Origin: Eledone cirrhosa
Taxonomy: Eukaryota
Direction: 5' to 3'
NCBI GenBank assembly: GCA_964016885.1
Contig: OZ024742.1
Coordinates: forward strand, 166,780,001 to 166,844,000
Length of the DNA stretch: 64,000 bases
Part shown: positions 1 through 10,700 of the stretch, in pieces
Numbering within the stretch: position 1 is the first letter of the stretch
Layout: the number at the start of each line of letters is the position of its first letter
The notes under the pieces: model-generated
Database searches by the model: none
What the model saw: the letters and a program-made list of their open reading frames with translations, nothing else
Told to the model about the DNA's origin: nothing
Made by a program: the position numbers and the translations under genes

Positions 1-929
1 ATGATTTGTAAAAAAAAATCAAGGGGAGATAATTTGTAAAAAAAAATCAGGGGGAGATAATTTGTAAAAAAAATCAAGGGGAGATAATTTCCAGCCGTCC
101 AAGGGAAGATAATTTCCAGCACTCCAAGGGGCTATAATTTCCAGTGTCCAAGGGGAGATAATTTCCAGCCAGCGAAGGGGAGATAATTTTTTTAAAAAAA
201 TCAGGGGGAGATATGTAAAAAAAATCAGAGGGAGATAATTTCTAAAAAAAATCAAAGGGAGATAATTTCCAGCCGTCCAAAGAGAGATAATTTCTAGCCG
301 TCCAAGGGGAGATAATTTCCAGCCGTCCAAGGGGAGATAATTATTTAAAAAATCAGGTGGACATAATTTGTAAAAAAAATCAGGGGGAGATAATTTGTAA
401 AAACAAAATCAAGGGCAGATAATTTCCAGCTGTCCAAGGGGAGATAATTTCCAGCCGTGCAAGGGGAGATAATTTCCAGCCGTCCAAGGGGAGATAATTT
501 CCATCCTTCCAAGGGGAGATAATCTCCAGCCGTCCAAGGGGAGATAATTTCCCGCCAGCAAAGGGAAGATAATTTTTAAAAAAATCAGGCGGAGATTGTA
601 AAAAAAATCAGGGGGAGATAATTTGTAAAAAAATCAGGGGGAGATAATTTGTAAAAAAAAAATCAGGGGAGATAATTTGTAAAAAAAAATCAGGGGGAGA
701 TAATTTGTAAAAAAAAATCAGGGGGAGATAATTTGTAAAAAAAATCAGGGGGAGATAATTTGTAAAAAAAAATCAAGGGGAGATAATTTGTAAAAAAAAT
801 CAGGGGGAGATAATTAGTAAAAAAATCAAGGGGAGATAATTTCCAGCCGTCCAAGGGGAGGTAATATCTAGCCGTCCAAGGGGAGATAAATTCCAGCCTC
901 CAAGGGGAGATAATTTCCAGCCAGCCAAG

Positions 930-1147
930 GGGAGATAATTTGTAAAAAAATCAGGGGGAGATAATTTGTAAAAAAAATCAGGGGGAGATAATTTGTAAAA
1001 AAAAATCAGGGGGAGATAATTTGTAAAAAAAATCAGGGGGAGATAATTTGTAAAAAAAAATCAGGGGGAGATAATTTGTAAAAAAAAATCAGGGGGAGAT
1101 AATTTGTAAAAAAAAATCAGGGGGAGATAATTTGTAAAAAAAATCAA
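930..1147 (+). repeat. Example run of eight type-B ~27-bp monomers with variable A-tract
   Basis: Repeated (G)GGGGAGATAATTTGT-A7-9-TCA. The last unit ends TCAA and leads into an A run. Confidence 0.92.
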
Positions 1148-3931
1148 GGGGAGATAATTTCCAGCCGTCCAAGGGGAGATAATTTCCAGCCGTCCAAGGG
1201 GAGGTAATATCTAGCCGTCCAAGGGGAGATAATTTCCAGCCGTCCAAGAGGAGATAATTTCCAGCCGTCCAAGGGAAGATAATTTCAAGCCCTCCAAGGG
1301 GCTATAATTTCCAGTGTCCAAGGGGAGATAATTTCCAGCCAGCGAAGGGGAGATAATTTTTTTTTAAAAATCAGGGGGAGATTTGTAAAAAAAATCAGGG
1401 GGAGATAATTTGTAAAAAAAATCAAGGGGAGATAATTTCCAGCCGTCGAAGGGAAGATAATTTCCAGCCCTCCAAGGGGCTATAATTTCCAGCGTGCAAG
1501 GGGAGATAATTTCCAGCCAGCGAAGGGGAGATAATTTTTAAAAAAAAATCATTGGGAGATTTGTAAAAAAAATCAGGGAGAGATAATTTGTAAAAAAAAT
1601 CAAGGGGAGATAATTTCCAGCCGTCCAAGGGGAGGTAATATCTAGCCGTCCAAGGGGAGATAATTTCCAGCCGTCCAAGGGGAGATAATTTCCAGCCGTC
1701 CAAGGGTAGATAATATCCAGCCGTCCAAGTAGACATTTTCCAGCCGTCCAAGGAGAGGTAATTTCTAGCCGTCCAAGGGGAGATAAATTCCAGCCTCCAA
1801 GGGGAGATAATTTCCAGCCAGCCAAGGGGAGATAATTTGTAAAAAAATCAGGGGGAGATAATTTGTAAAAAAAATCAGGGGGAGATAATTTGTAAAAAAA
1901 ATCAGGCGGAGATAATTTGTAAAAAAAAATCAGGGGGAGATAATTTGTAAAAAAAAATCAGGGGGAGATAATTTGTAAAAAAAATCAAGGGGAGATAATT
2001 TCCAGCCGTCCAAGGGGAGATAATTTTCAGCCGTCCAAGGGGAGATAATTTCCAGCCGTCCAAGGGGAGATAATTTCCATCCTTCCAAGGGGAGATAATT
2101 TCCAGCCGTCCAAGGGGAGATAATTTCCCGCCAACCAAGGGAAGATAATTTTTTAAAAAATCAGGCGGAGATTGTAAAAAAAATCAGGGGGAGATAATTT
2201 GTAAAAAAATCAGGGGGAGATAATTTGTAAAAAAAAATCAGGGGGAGATAATTTGTAAAAAAAATCAGGGGGAGATAATTTGTAAAAAAAAATCAAGGGG
2301 AGATAATTTGTACAAAAAATCAGGGGTATATAATTTGTAAAAAAAAATCAGGGGGAGATAATTTGTAAAAAAAAATCAGGGGGAGATAATTTGTAAAAAA
2401 AATCAAGGGAGATAATTTGCAGCCGTCCAAGGAGAGATAATTTTCAGCCGTCCAAGGAGAGGTAATTTCTAGCTGTCCAAGGTGAGATAATATCCAGCCG
2501 TCCAAGGGGAGATAATTTCCAGCCGTCCAAGGGGAGATAATTTTAAAATAAAAACAGGCGAAGATAATTTGTAAAAAAAAAATCAGGGGGAGATAATTTG
2601 TAAAAAAAAATCAGGGGGAGATAATTTGTAAAAAAAAATCAGGGGGAGGTAATTTGTAAAAAAAATCAAGGGGAGATAATTTCCAGCCGTCCAAGGGAAG
2701 ATAATTTCCAGCCCTCCAAGGGGCTATAATTTCCAGCGTCCAAGGGGAGATAATTTCCAGCCAGCGAAGGGGAGATAATTTTTTTTTTTTAAAATCAGGG
2801 GGACATAATTTGTAAAAAAAATCAGGGGGAGATAATTTGTAAAAAAAATCAAGGGGAGATAATTTGTAAAAAAAAATCAGGGGGAGATAATTTGTAAAAA
2901 AAATCAGGGGGAGATAATTTGTAAAAAAAATCAAGGGGAGATAATTTGTAAAAAAAAATCAAGGGGAGATAATTTCCAGCCGTCCAAGGGGAGATAATTT
3001 TCAGCCGTCCAAGGGGAGATAATTTCCCGCCAGCCAATGAAAGATATTTAAAAAAATCAGGCGGAGATAATTTGTAAAAAAAATCAGGGGGAGATAATTT
3101 GTAAAAAAATCAGGGGGAGATAATTTGTAAAAAAAAAATCAGGGGGAGATAATTTGTAAAAAAAATCAGGGGGAGATAATTTGTAAAAAAAAATCAGGGG
3201 GAGATAATTTGTAAAAAAAATCAGGGGGAGATAATTTGTAAAAAAAATCAATTGGAGATAATTTCCAGCCGTCCAAGGGGAGATAATTTTCAGCCGTCCA
3301 AGGAGAGGTAATTTCTAGACGTCCAAGGGGAGATAATTTCCAGCCGTCCAAGGGGAGATAATTTCCAGCCGTCCAAGGGTAGATAATATCCAGCCGTCCA
3401 AGGAGACATATTTTCCAGCTTTCCAAGGAGAGGTAATTTCTAGCCGTCCAAGGGGAGATAAATTCCAGCCTCCAAGGGGAGATAATTTCCAGCCAGCCAA
3501 GGGGAGATAATTTGTAAAAAAATCAGGGGGAGATAATTTGTAAAAAAAATCAGGGGGAGATAATTTGTAAAAAAAATCAGGGGGAGATAATTTGTAAAAA
3601 ACATCAAGGGGAGATAATTTCCAGCCGTCCAAGGGGAGATAATTTTCAGCCGTCCAAGGGGAGATAATTTCCCGCCAGCCAAGGGAAGATAATATTTAAA
3701 AAATGAGGCGGAGATAATTTGTAAAAAAAATCAGGGGGAGATAATTTGTAAAAAAATCAGGGGGAGATAATTTGTAAAAAAAAAATCAGGGGGAGATAAT
3801 TTGTAAAAAAAATCAGGGGGAGATAATTTGTAAAAAAAAATCAGGGGTAGATAATTTGTAAAAAAAAATCAGGGGGAGATAATTTGTAAAAAAAATCAGG
3901 GGGAGATAATTTGTAAAAAAAAATCAAGGGG

Positions 3932-4050
3932 AGATAATTTCCAGCCGTCCAAGGGAAGATAATTTCAAGCCCTCCAAGGGGCTATAATTTCCAGTGTCCA
4001 AGGGGAGATAATTTCCAGCCAGCGAAGGGGAGATAATTTTTTTTTAAAAA
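3932..4050 (+). repeat. Variant cassette 1 (GGGAAG / CCCTCC / GGGGCTAT / CCAGCGAA), recurring dozens of times
   Basis: The string GGGAAGATAATTTC(A/C)AGC(C/A)CTCCAAGGGGCTATAATTTCCAG(T/C)GTCCAAGGGGAGATAATTTCCAGCCAGCGAAGGGG occurs at ~100, 1270, 1450, 2695, 3950, 5740, 7770, 9320, 9500 and onward to ~63230. Confidence 0.9.
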
Positions 4051-4254
4051 TCAGGGGGAGATTTGTAAAAAAAATCAGGGGGAGATAATTTGTAAAAAAA
4101 ATCAAAGGGAGATAATTTCCAGCCGTCCAAAGAGAGATAATTTCTAGCCGTCCAAGGGGAGATAATTTCGAGCCAAGGGGAGATAATTTCCAGCCGTCCA
4201 AGGGGAGATAATTTTTTAAAAAATCAGGTGGAGATAATTTGTAAAAAAAATCAG

Positions 4255-4465
4255 GGGGAGATAATTTGTAAAAACAAAATCAAGGGCAGATAATTTCCAG
4301 CTGTCCAAGGGGAGATAATTTCCAGCCGTGCAAGGGGAGATAATTTCCAGCCGTCCAAGGGGAGATAATTTCCATCCTTCCAAGGGGAGATAATTTCCAG
4401 CCGTCCAAGGGGAGATAATTTCCCGCCAGCCAAGGGAAGATAATTTTTTAAAAAATCAGGCGGAG
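4255..4465 (+). repeat. Variant cassette 3 (AAAACAAAATCAAGGGCAG / CTGTCC / GTGC / CATCCTTCC / CCCGCCAGCC)
   Basis: The same ordered variants occur at ~400, 4270, 8090, 11430, 24640, 27855, 31150, 34385, 38535, 41770, 44305, 46670, 49645, 56570, 60440 and 63730. Confidence 0.9.
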
Positions 4466-4537
4466 ATTGTAAAAAAAATCAGGGGGAGATAATTTGTAAA
4501 AAAATCAGGGGGAGATAATTTGTAAAAAAATCAAGGG

Positions 4538-4758
4538 GAGATAATTTCCAGCTGTCCAAGGGGAGGTAGTATCTAGCCGTCCAAGGGGAGATAATTTCCA
4601 GCCGTCCAAGGGGAGATAATTTCCAGCCGTCCAAGGGTAGATAATATCCAGCCGTCCAAGGAGACATATTTTCCAGCCCTCCAAGGAGAGGTAATTTCTA
4701 GCCGTCCAAGTGGAGATAAATTCCAGCCTCCAAGGGGAGATAATTTCCAGCCAGCCAA
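4538..4758 (+). repeat. Example run of type-A 25-bp monomers (9-monomer variant cassette 2)
   Basis: Consensus AAGGGGAGATAATTTCCAGCCGTCC. The ordered variants GGAGGTA(A/G)TATCTAG, GGGTAGATAATATCC, AGACATATTTTCC, GGAGAGGTAATTTCTAG, GATAAATTCCAGCCTCC and CCAGCCAGCC recur in the same order at e.g. 5.9, 8.8, 9.7, 11.7, 13.1, 15.9, 26.3, 34.7, 47.3 and 62.1 kb. Confidence 0.9.
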
Positions 4759-7700
4759 GGGGAGATAATTTGTAAAAAAATCAGGGGGAGATAATTTGTA
4801 AAAAAAATCAGGGGGAGATAATTTGTAAAAAAAAATCAGGGGGAGATAATTTGTAAAAAAAATCAAGGGGAGATAATTTCCAGCCGTCCAAGGGGAGATA
4901 ATTTTCAGCCGTCCAAGGGGAGATAATTTCCCGCCAGCCAAGGGAAGATAATATTTAAAAAATGAGGCGGAGATAATTTGTAAAAAAAATCAGGGGGAGA
5001 TAATTTGTAAAAAAATCAGGGGGAGATAATTTGTAAAAAAAAATCAGGGGGAGATAATTTGTAAAAAAAATTAGGGGGAGATAATTTGTAAAAAAAAATC
5101 AGGGGTAGATAATTTGTAAAAAAAAATCAGGGGGAGATAATTTGTAAAAAAAATCAGGGGGAGATAATTTGTAAAAAAAATCAAGGGGAGATAATTTCCA
5201 GCCGTCCAAGGAGAGATAATTTAAAAAAAAAATCAGGCGGAGATAATTTGTAAAAAAAAATCAGGGGGAGATAATTTGTAAAAAAAAATCAGGGGGAGAT
5301 AATTTGTAAAAAAAATCAAGGGGAGATAATTTCCAGCCGTCCAAGGGGAGATAATTTTCAGCCGTCCAAGGGGAGATAATTTCCAGCCGTCCAAGGGGAG
5401 ATAATTTAAAAAAAAAAATCAGGCGGAGATAATTTGTAAAAAAAATCAAGGGGAGATAATTTGCAACCGTCCAAGGGGACATAATTTTCAGTCGTCCAAG
5501 GAGAGGTAATTTCTAGCCGTCCAAGGGGAGATAATTTCCAGCCGTCCAAGGGGAGATAATTTCCAGCCGTCCAAGGGGAGATAATTTTTTTTTAAAAATC
5601 AGGCGGAGATAATTTGTAAAAAAAAAATCAGGGGGAGATAATTTGTAAAAAAAAATCAGGGGGAGATAATTTGTAAAAAAAAATCAGGGGGAGATAATTT
5701 GTAAAAAAAATCAAGGGGAGATAATTTCCAGCCGTCCAAGGGAAGATAATTTCCAGCCCTCCAAGGGGCTATAATTTCCAGCGTCCAAGGGGAGATAATT
5801 TCCAGCCAGCGAAGGGGAGATAATTGTTTTAAAAAAATCATTGGGAGATTTGTAAAAAAAATCAGGGGGAGATAATTAATAAAAAAAATCAAGGGGAGAT
5901 AATTCCAGCCGTCCAAGGGGAGGTAATATCTAGCCGTCCAAGGGGAGATAATTTCCAGCCGTCCAAGGGGAGATAATTTCCAGCCGTCCAAGGGTAGATA
6001 ATATCCAGCCGTCCAAGGAGACATATTTTCCAGCCGTCCAAGGAGAGGTAATTTCTAGCCGTCCAAGGGGAGATAAATTCCAGCCTCCAAGGGGAGATAA
6101 TTTCCAGCCAGCCAAGGGGAGATAATTTGTAAAAAAATCAGGGGGAGATAATTTGTAAAAAAAGTCAGGGGTAGATAATTTGTAAAAAAAAATCAGGGGG
6201 AGATAATTTGTAAAAAAAAATCAGGGGGAGATAATTTGTAAAAAAAATCAAGGGGAGATAATTTCCAGCCGTCCAAGGAGAGATAATTTTTAAAAAAAAA
6301 TCAGGCGGAGATAATTTGTAAAAAAAAATCAGGGGGAGATAATTTGTAAAAAAAAATAAGGGGGAGATAATTTGTAAAAAAAATCAAGGGGAGATAATTT
6401 CCAGCCGTCCAAGGGGAGATAATTTCCAGCCGTCCAAGGGGAGATAAATTTTTTAAAAAAATCAGGCGGAGATAATTTGTAAAAAAAATCAGGGGGAGAT
6501 AATTTGTAAAAAAAAATCAGGGGGAGATAATTTGTAAAAAAAAATCAGGGGGAGATAATTTCCAGCCGTCCAAGGTAAGATAATTTCCAGCCCTCCAAGG
6601 GGCTATAATTTCCAGCATCCAAGGGGAGATAATTTCCAGCCGTCCAAGGGTAGATAATATCCAGCCGTCCAAGTAGACATATTTTCCAGCCGTCCAAGGA
6701 GAGGTAATTTCTAGCCGTCCAAGGGGAGATAAATTCCAGCCTCCAAGGGGAGATAATTTCCAGCCAGCCAAGGGGAGATAATTTGTAAAAAAATCAGGGG
6801 GAGATAATTTGTAAAAAAAATCAGGGAGATAATTTGTAAAAAAAAATCAGGGGGAGATAATTTGTAAAAAAAAATCAGGGGGAGATAATTTCCAGCCGTC
6901 CAAGGGGAGATAATTTTCAGCCGTCCAAGGGTAGATAATATCCAGCCGTCCAAGTAGACATTTTCCAGCCGTCCAAGGAGAGGTAATTTCTAGCCGTCCA
7001 AGGGGAGATAAATTCCAGCCTCCAAGGGGAGATAATTTCCAGCCAGCCAAGGGGAGATAATTTGTAAAAAAATCAGGGGGAGATAATTTGTAAAAAAAAT
7101 CAGGGGGAGATAATTTGTAAAAAAAAATCAGGGGGAGATAATTTGTAAAAAAAAAATCAGGGGGAGATAATTTGTAAAAAAAAATCAGGGGGAGATAATT
7201 TGTAAAAAAAATCAAGGGGAGATAATTTCCAGCCGTCCAAGGGGAGATAATTTTCAGCCGTCCAAGGGGAGATAATTTCCAGACGTCCAAGGGGAGATAA
7301 TTTCCATCCTTCCAAGGGGAGATAATTTCCAGCCTTCCAAGGGGAGATAATTTTCAGCCGTCCAAGGGGAGATAATTTCCCGCCAGCCAAGGGAAGATAA
7401 TATTTTAAAAAATCAGGCGGAGATAATTTGTAAAAAAATCAGGGGGAGATAATTTGTAAAAAAAAAATCAGGGGGAGATAATTTGTAAAAAAAATCAGGG
7501 GGAGATAATTTGTAAAAAAAAATCAGGGGTAGATAATTTGTAAAAAAAAATCAGGGGGAGATAATTTGTAAAAAAAAAATCAGGGGGAGATAATTTGTAA
7601 AAAAAATCAAGGGGAGATAATTTCCAGCCGTCCAAGGAGAGATAATTTTTAAAAAAAATCAGGCGGAGATAATTTGTAAAAAAAAATCAAGGGGAGATAA

Positions 7701-10700
7701 TTTGTAAAAAAAAATCAGGGGGAGATAATTTGTAAAAAAATCAAGGGGAGATAATTTCCAGCCGTCCAAGGGAAGATAATTTCCAGCACTCCAAGGGGCT
7801 ATAATTTCCAGTGTCCAAGGGGAGATAATTTCCAGCCAGCGAAGGGGAGATAATTTTTTTAAAAAAATCAGGGGGAGATATGTAAAAAAAATCAGAGGGA
7901 GATAATTTCTAAAAAAAATCAAAGGGAGATAATTTCCAGCCGTCCAAAGAGAGATAATTTCTAGCCGTCCAAGGGGAGATAATTTCCAGCCAAGGGGAGA
8001 TAATTTCCAGCCGTCCAAGGGAAGATAATTATTTAAAAAATCAGGTGGAGATAATTTGTAAAAAAAATCAGGGGGAGATAATTTGTAAAAACAAAATCAA
8101 GGGCAGATAATTTCCAGCTGTCCAAGGGGAGATAATTTCCAGCCGTGCAAGGGGAGATAATTTCCAGCCGTCCAAGGGGAGATAATTTCCATCCTTCCAA
8201 GGGGAGATAATCTCCAGCCGTCCAAGGGGAGATAATTTCCCGCCAGCCAAGGGAAGATAATTTTTAAAAAAATCAGGCGGAGATTGTAAAAAAAATCAGG
8301 GGGAGATAATTTGTAAAAAAATCAGGGGGAGATAATTTGTAAAAAAAAAATCAGGGGAGATAATTTGTAAAAAAAAATCAGGGGGAGATAATTTGTAAAA
8401 AAAAAATCAGGGGGAGATAATTTGTAAAAAAAATCAGGGGTAGATAATTTGTAAAAAAAATCAGGGGGAGATAATTTGTAAAAAAAAATCAGTGGGAGAT
8501 AATTTGTAAAAAAATCAAGGGGAGATAATATGCAGCCGTCCAAGGGGAGATAATTTTCAGCCTTCCAAGGAGAGTTAATTTCTAGCCGTCCAAGGGGAGA
8601 TAATTTCCAGCCGTCCAAGGGGAGATAATTTCCAGCCGTCCAAGGGGAGATAGTTTTTTTAAAAAAATCAGGCGGAGATAATTTGTAAAAAAAAAATCAG
8701 GGGGAGATAATTTGTAAAAAAAAATCAGGGGGAGATAATTTGTAAAAAAAAATCAAGGGGAGATAATTTGTAAAAAAAATCAGGGGGAGATAATTAGTAA
8801 AAAAATCAAGGGGAGATAATTTCCAGCCGTCCAAGGGGAGGTAATATCTAGCCGTCCAAGGGGAGAAAATTTCCAGCCGTCCAAGGGGAGATAATTTCCA
8901 GCCGTCCAAGGGTAGATAATATCCAGCCGTCCAAGTAGACATATTTTCCAGCCGTCCAAGGAGAGGTAATTTCTAGCCGTCCAAGGGGAGATAAATTCCA
9001 GCCTCCAAGGGGAGATAATTTCCAGCCAGCCAAGGGGAGATAATTTGTAAAAAAATCAGGGGGAGATAATTTGTAAAAAAAATCAGGGGGAGATAATTTG
9101 TAAAAAAAAATCAGGGGGAGATAATTTGTAAAAAAAAATCAGGGGGAGATAATTTGTAAAAAAAAATCAGGGGGAGATAATTTGTAAAAAAAATCAAGGG
9201 GAGATAATTTCCAGCCGTCCAAGGGGAGATAATTTCCAGCCGTCCAAGGGGAGGTAATATCTAGCCGTCCAAGGGGAGATAATTTCCAGCCGTCCAAGAG
9301 GAGATAATTTCCAGCCGTCCAAGGGAAGATAATTTCAAGCCCTCCAAGGGGCTATAATTTCCAGTGTCCAAGGGGAGATAATTTCCAGCCAGCGAAGGGG
9401 AGATAATTTTTTTTTAAAAATCAGGGGGAGATTTGTAAAAAAAATCAGGGGGAGATAATATGTAAAAAAAATCAAGGGGAGATAATTTCCAGCCGTCGAA
9501 GGGAAGATAATTTCCAGCCCTCCAAGGGGCTATAATTTCCAGCGTCCAAGGGGAGATAATTTCCAGCCAGCGAAGGGGAGATAATTTTTTTAAAAAAATC
9601 ATTGGGAGATTTGTAAAAAAAATCAGGGAGAGATAATTTGTAAAAAAAATCAAGGGGAGATAATTTCCAGCCGTCCAAGGGGAGGTAATATCTAGCCGTC
9701 CAAGGGGAGATAATTTCCAGCCGTCAAAGGGGAGATAATTTCCAGCCGTCCAAGGGTAGATAATATCCAGCCGTCCAAGTAGACATTTTCCAGCCGTCCA
9801 AGGAGAGGTAATTTCTAGCCGTCCAAGGGGAGATAAATTCCAGCCTCCAAGGGGAGATAATTTCCAGCCAGCCAAGGGGAGATAATTTGTAAAAAAATCA
9901 GGGGGAGATAATTTGTAAAAAAAATCAGGGGGAGATAATTTGTAAAAAAAATCAGGGGGAGATAATTTGTAAAAAAAAATCAGGGGGAGATAATTTGTAA
10001 AAAAAATCAAGGGGAGATAATTTGCAGCCGTCCAAGGGGAGATAATTTTCAGCCGTCCAAGGAGAGGTAATTTCTAGCCGTCCAAGGTGAGATAATATCC
10101 AGCCGTCCAAGGGGAGATAATTTCCAGCCGTACAAGGGGAGATAATTTAAAAAAAAAAACAGGCGAAGATAATTTGTAAAAAAAAAATCAGGGGGAGATA
10201 ATTTGTAAAAAAAAATCAGGGGGAGATAATTTGTAAAAAAAAATCAGGGGGAGGTAATTTGTAAAAAAAATCAAGGGGAGATAATTTCCAGCCGTCCAAG
10301 GGAAGATAATTTCCAGCCGTCCAAGGAGAGATAATTTTAAAAAAAAATCAGGCGGAGATAATTTGTAAAAAAAAATCAGGGGGAGATAATTTGTAAAAAA
10401 AAATCAGGGGGAGATAATTTGTAAAAAAAATCAAGGGGAGATAATTTCCAGCCGTCCAAGGGGAGATAATTTCCAGCCGTCCAAGGGGAGATAATTTTTT
10501 TAAAAAAATCAGGCGGAGATAATTTGTAAAAAAAATCAGGGGGAGGTAAAAAAAAATCAGGGGGAGATAATTTGTAAAAAAAAATCAGGGGGAGATAATT
10601 TCCAGCCGTCCAAGGTAAGATAATTTCCAGCCCTCCAAGGGGCTATAATTTCCAGCATCCAAGGGGAGATAATTTCCAGCCGTCCAAGGGTAGATAATAT

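Noticed and set aside
930-1147. G-quadruplex array from repeated G4-G5 runs
   Set aside because: The G-runs are separated by ~21-23 nt, far beyond the canonical 1-7 nt loops, so stable intramolecular G4 is not supported by sequence alone.
1148-1162. NF-kB site or CENP-B box in the monomer
   Set aside because: GGGGAGATAATTTCC has the wrong spacing for GGGRNNYYCC, and I saw no TTCGNNNNANNCGGG motif.
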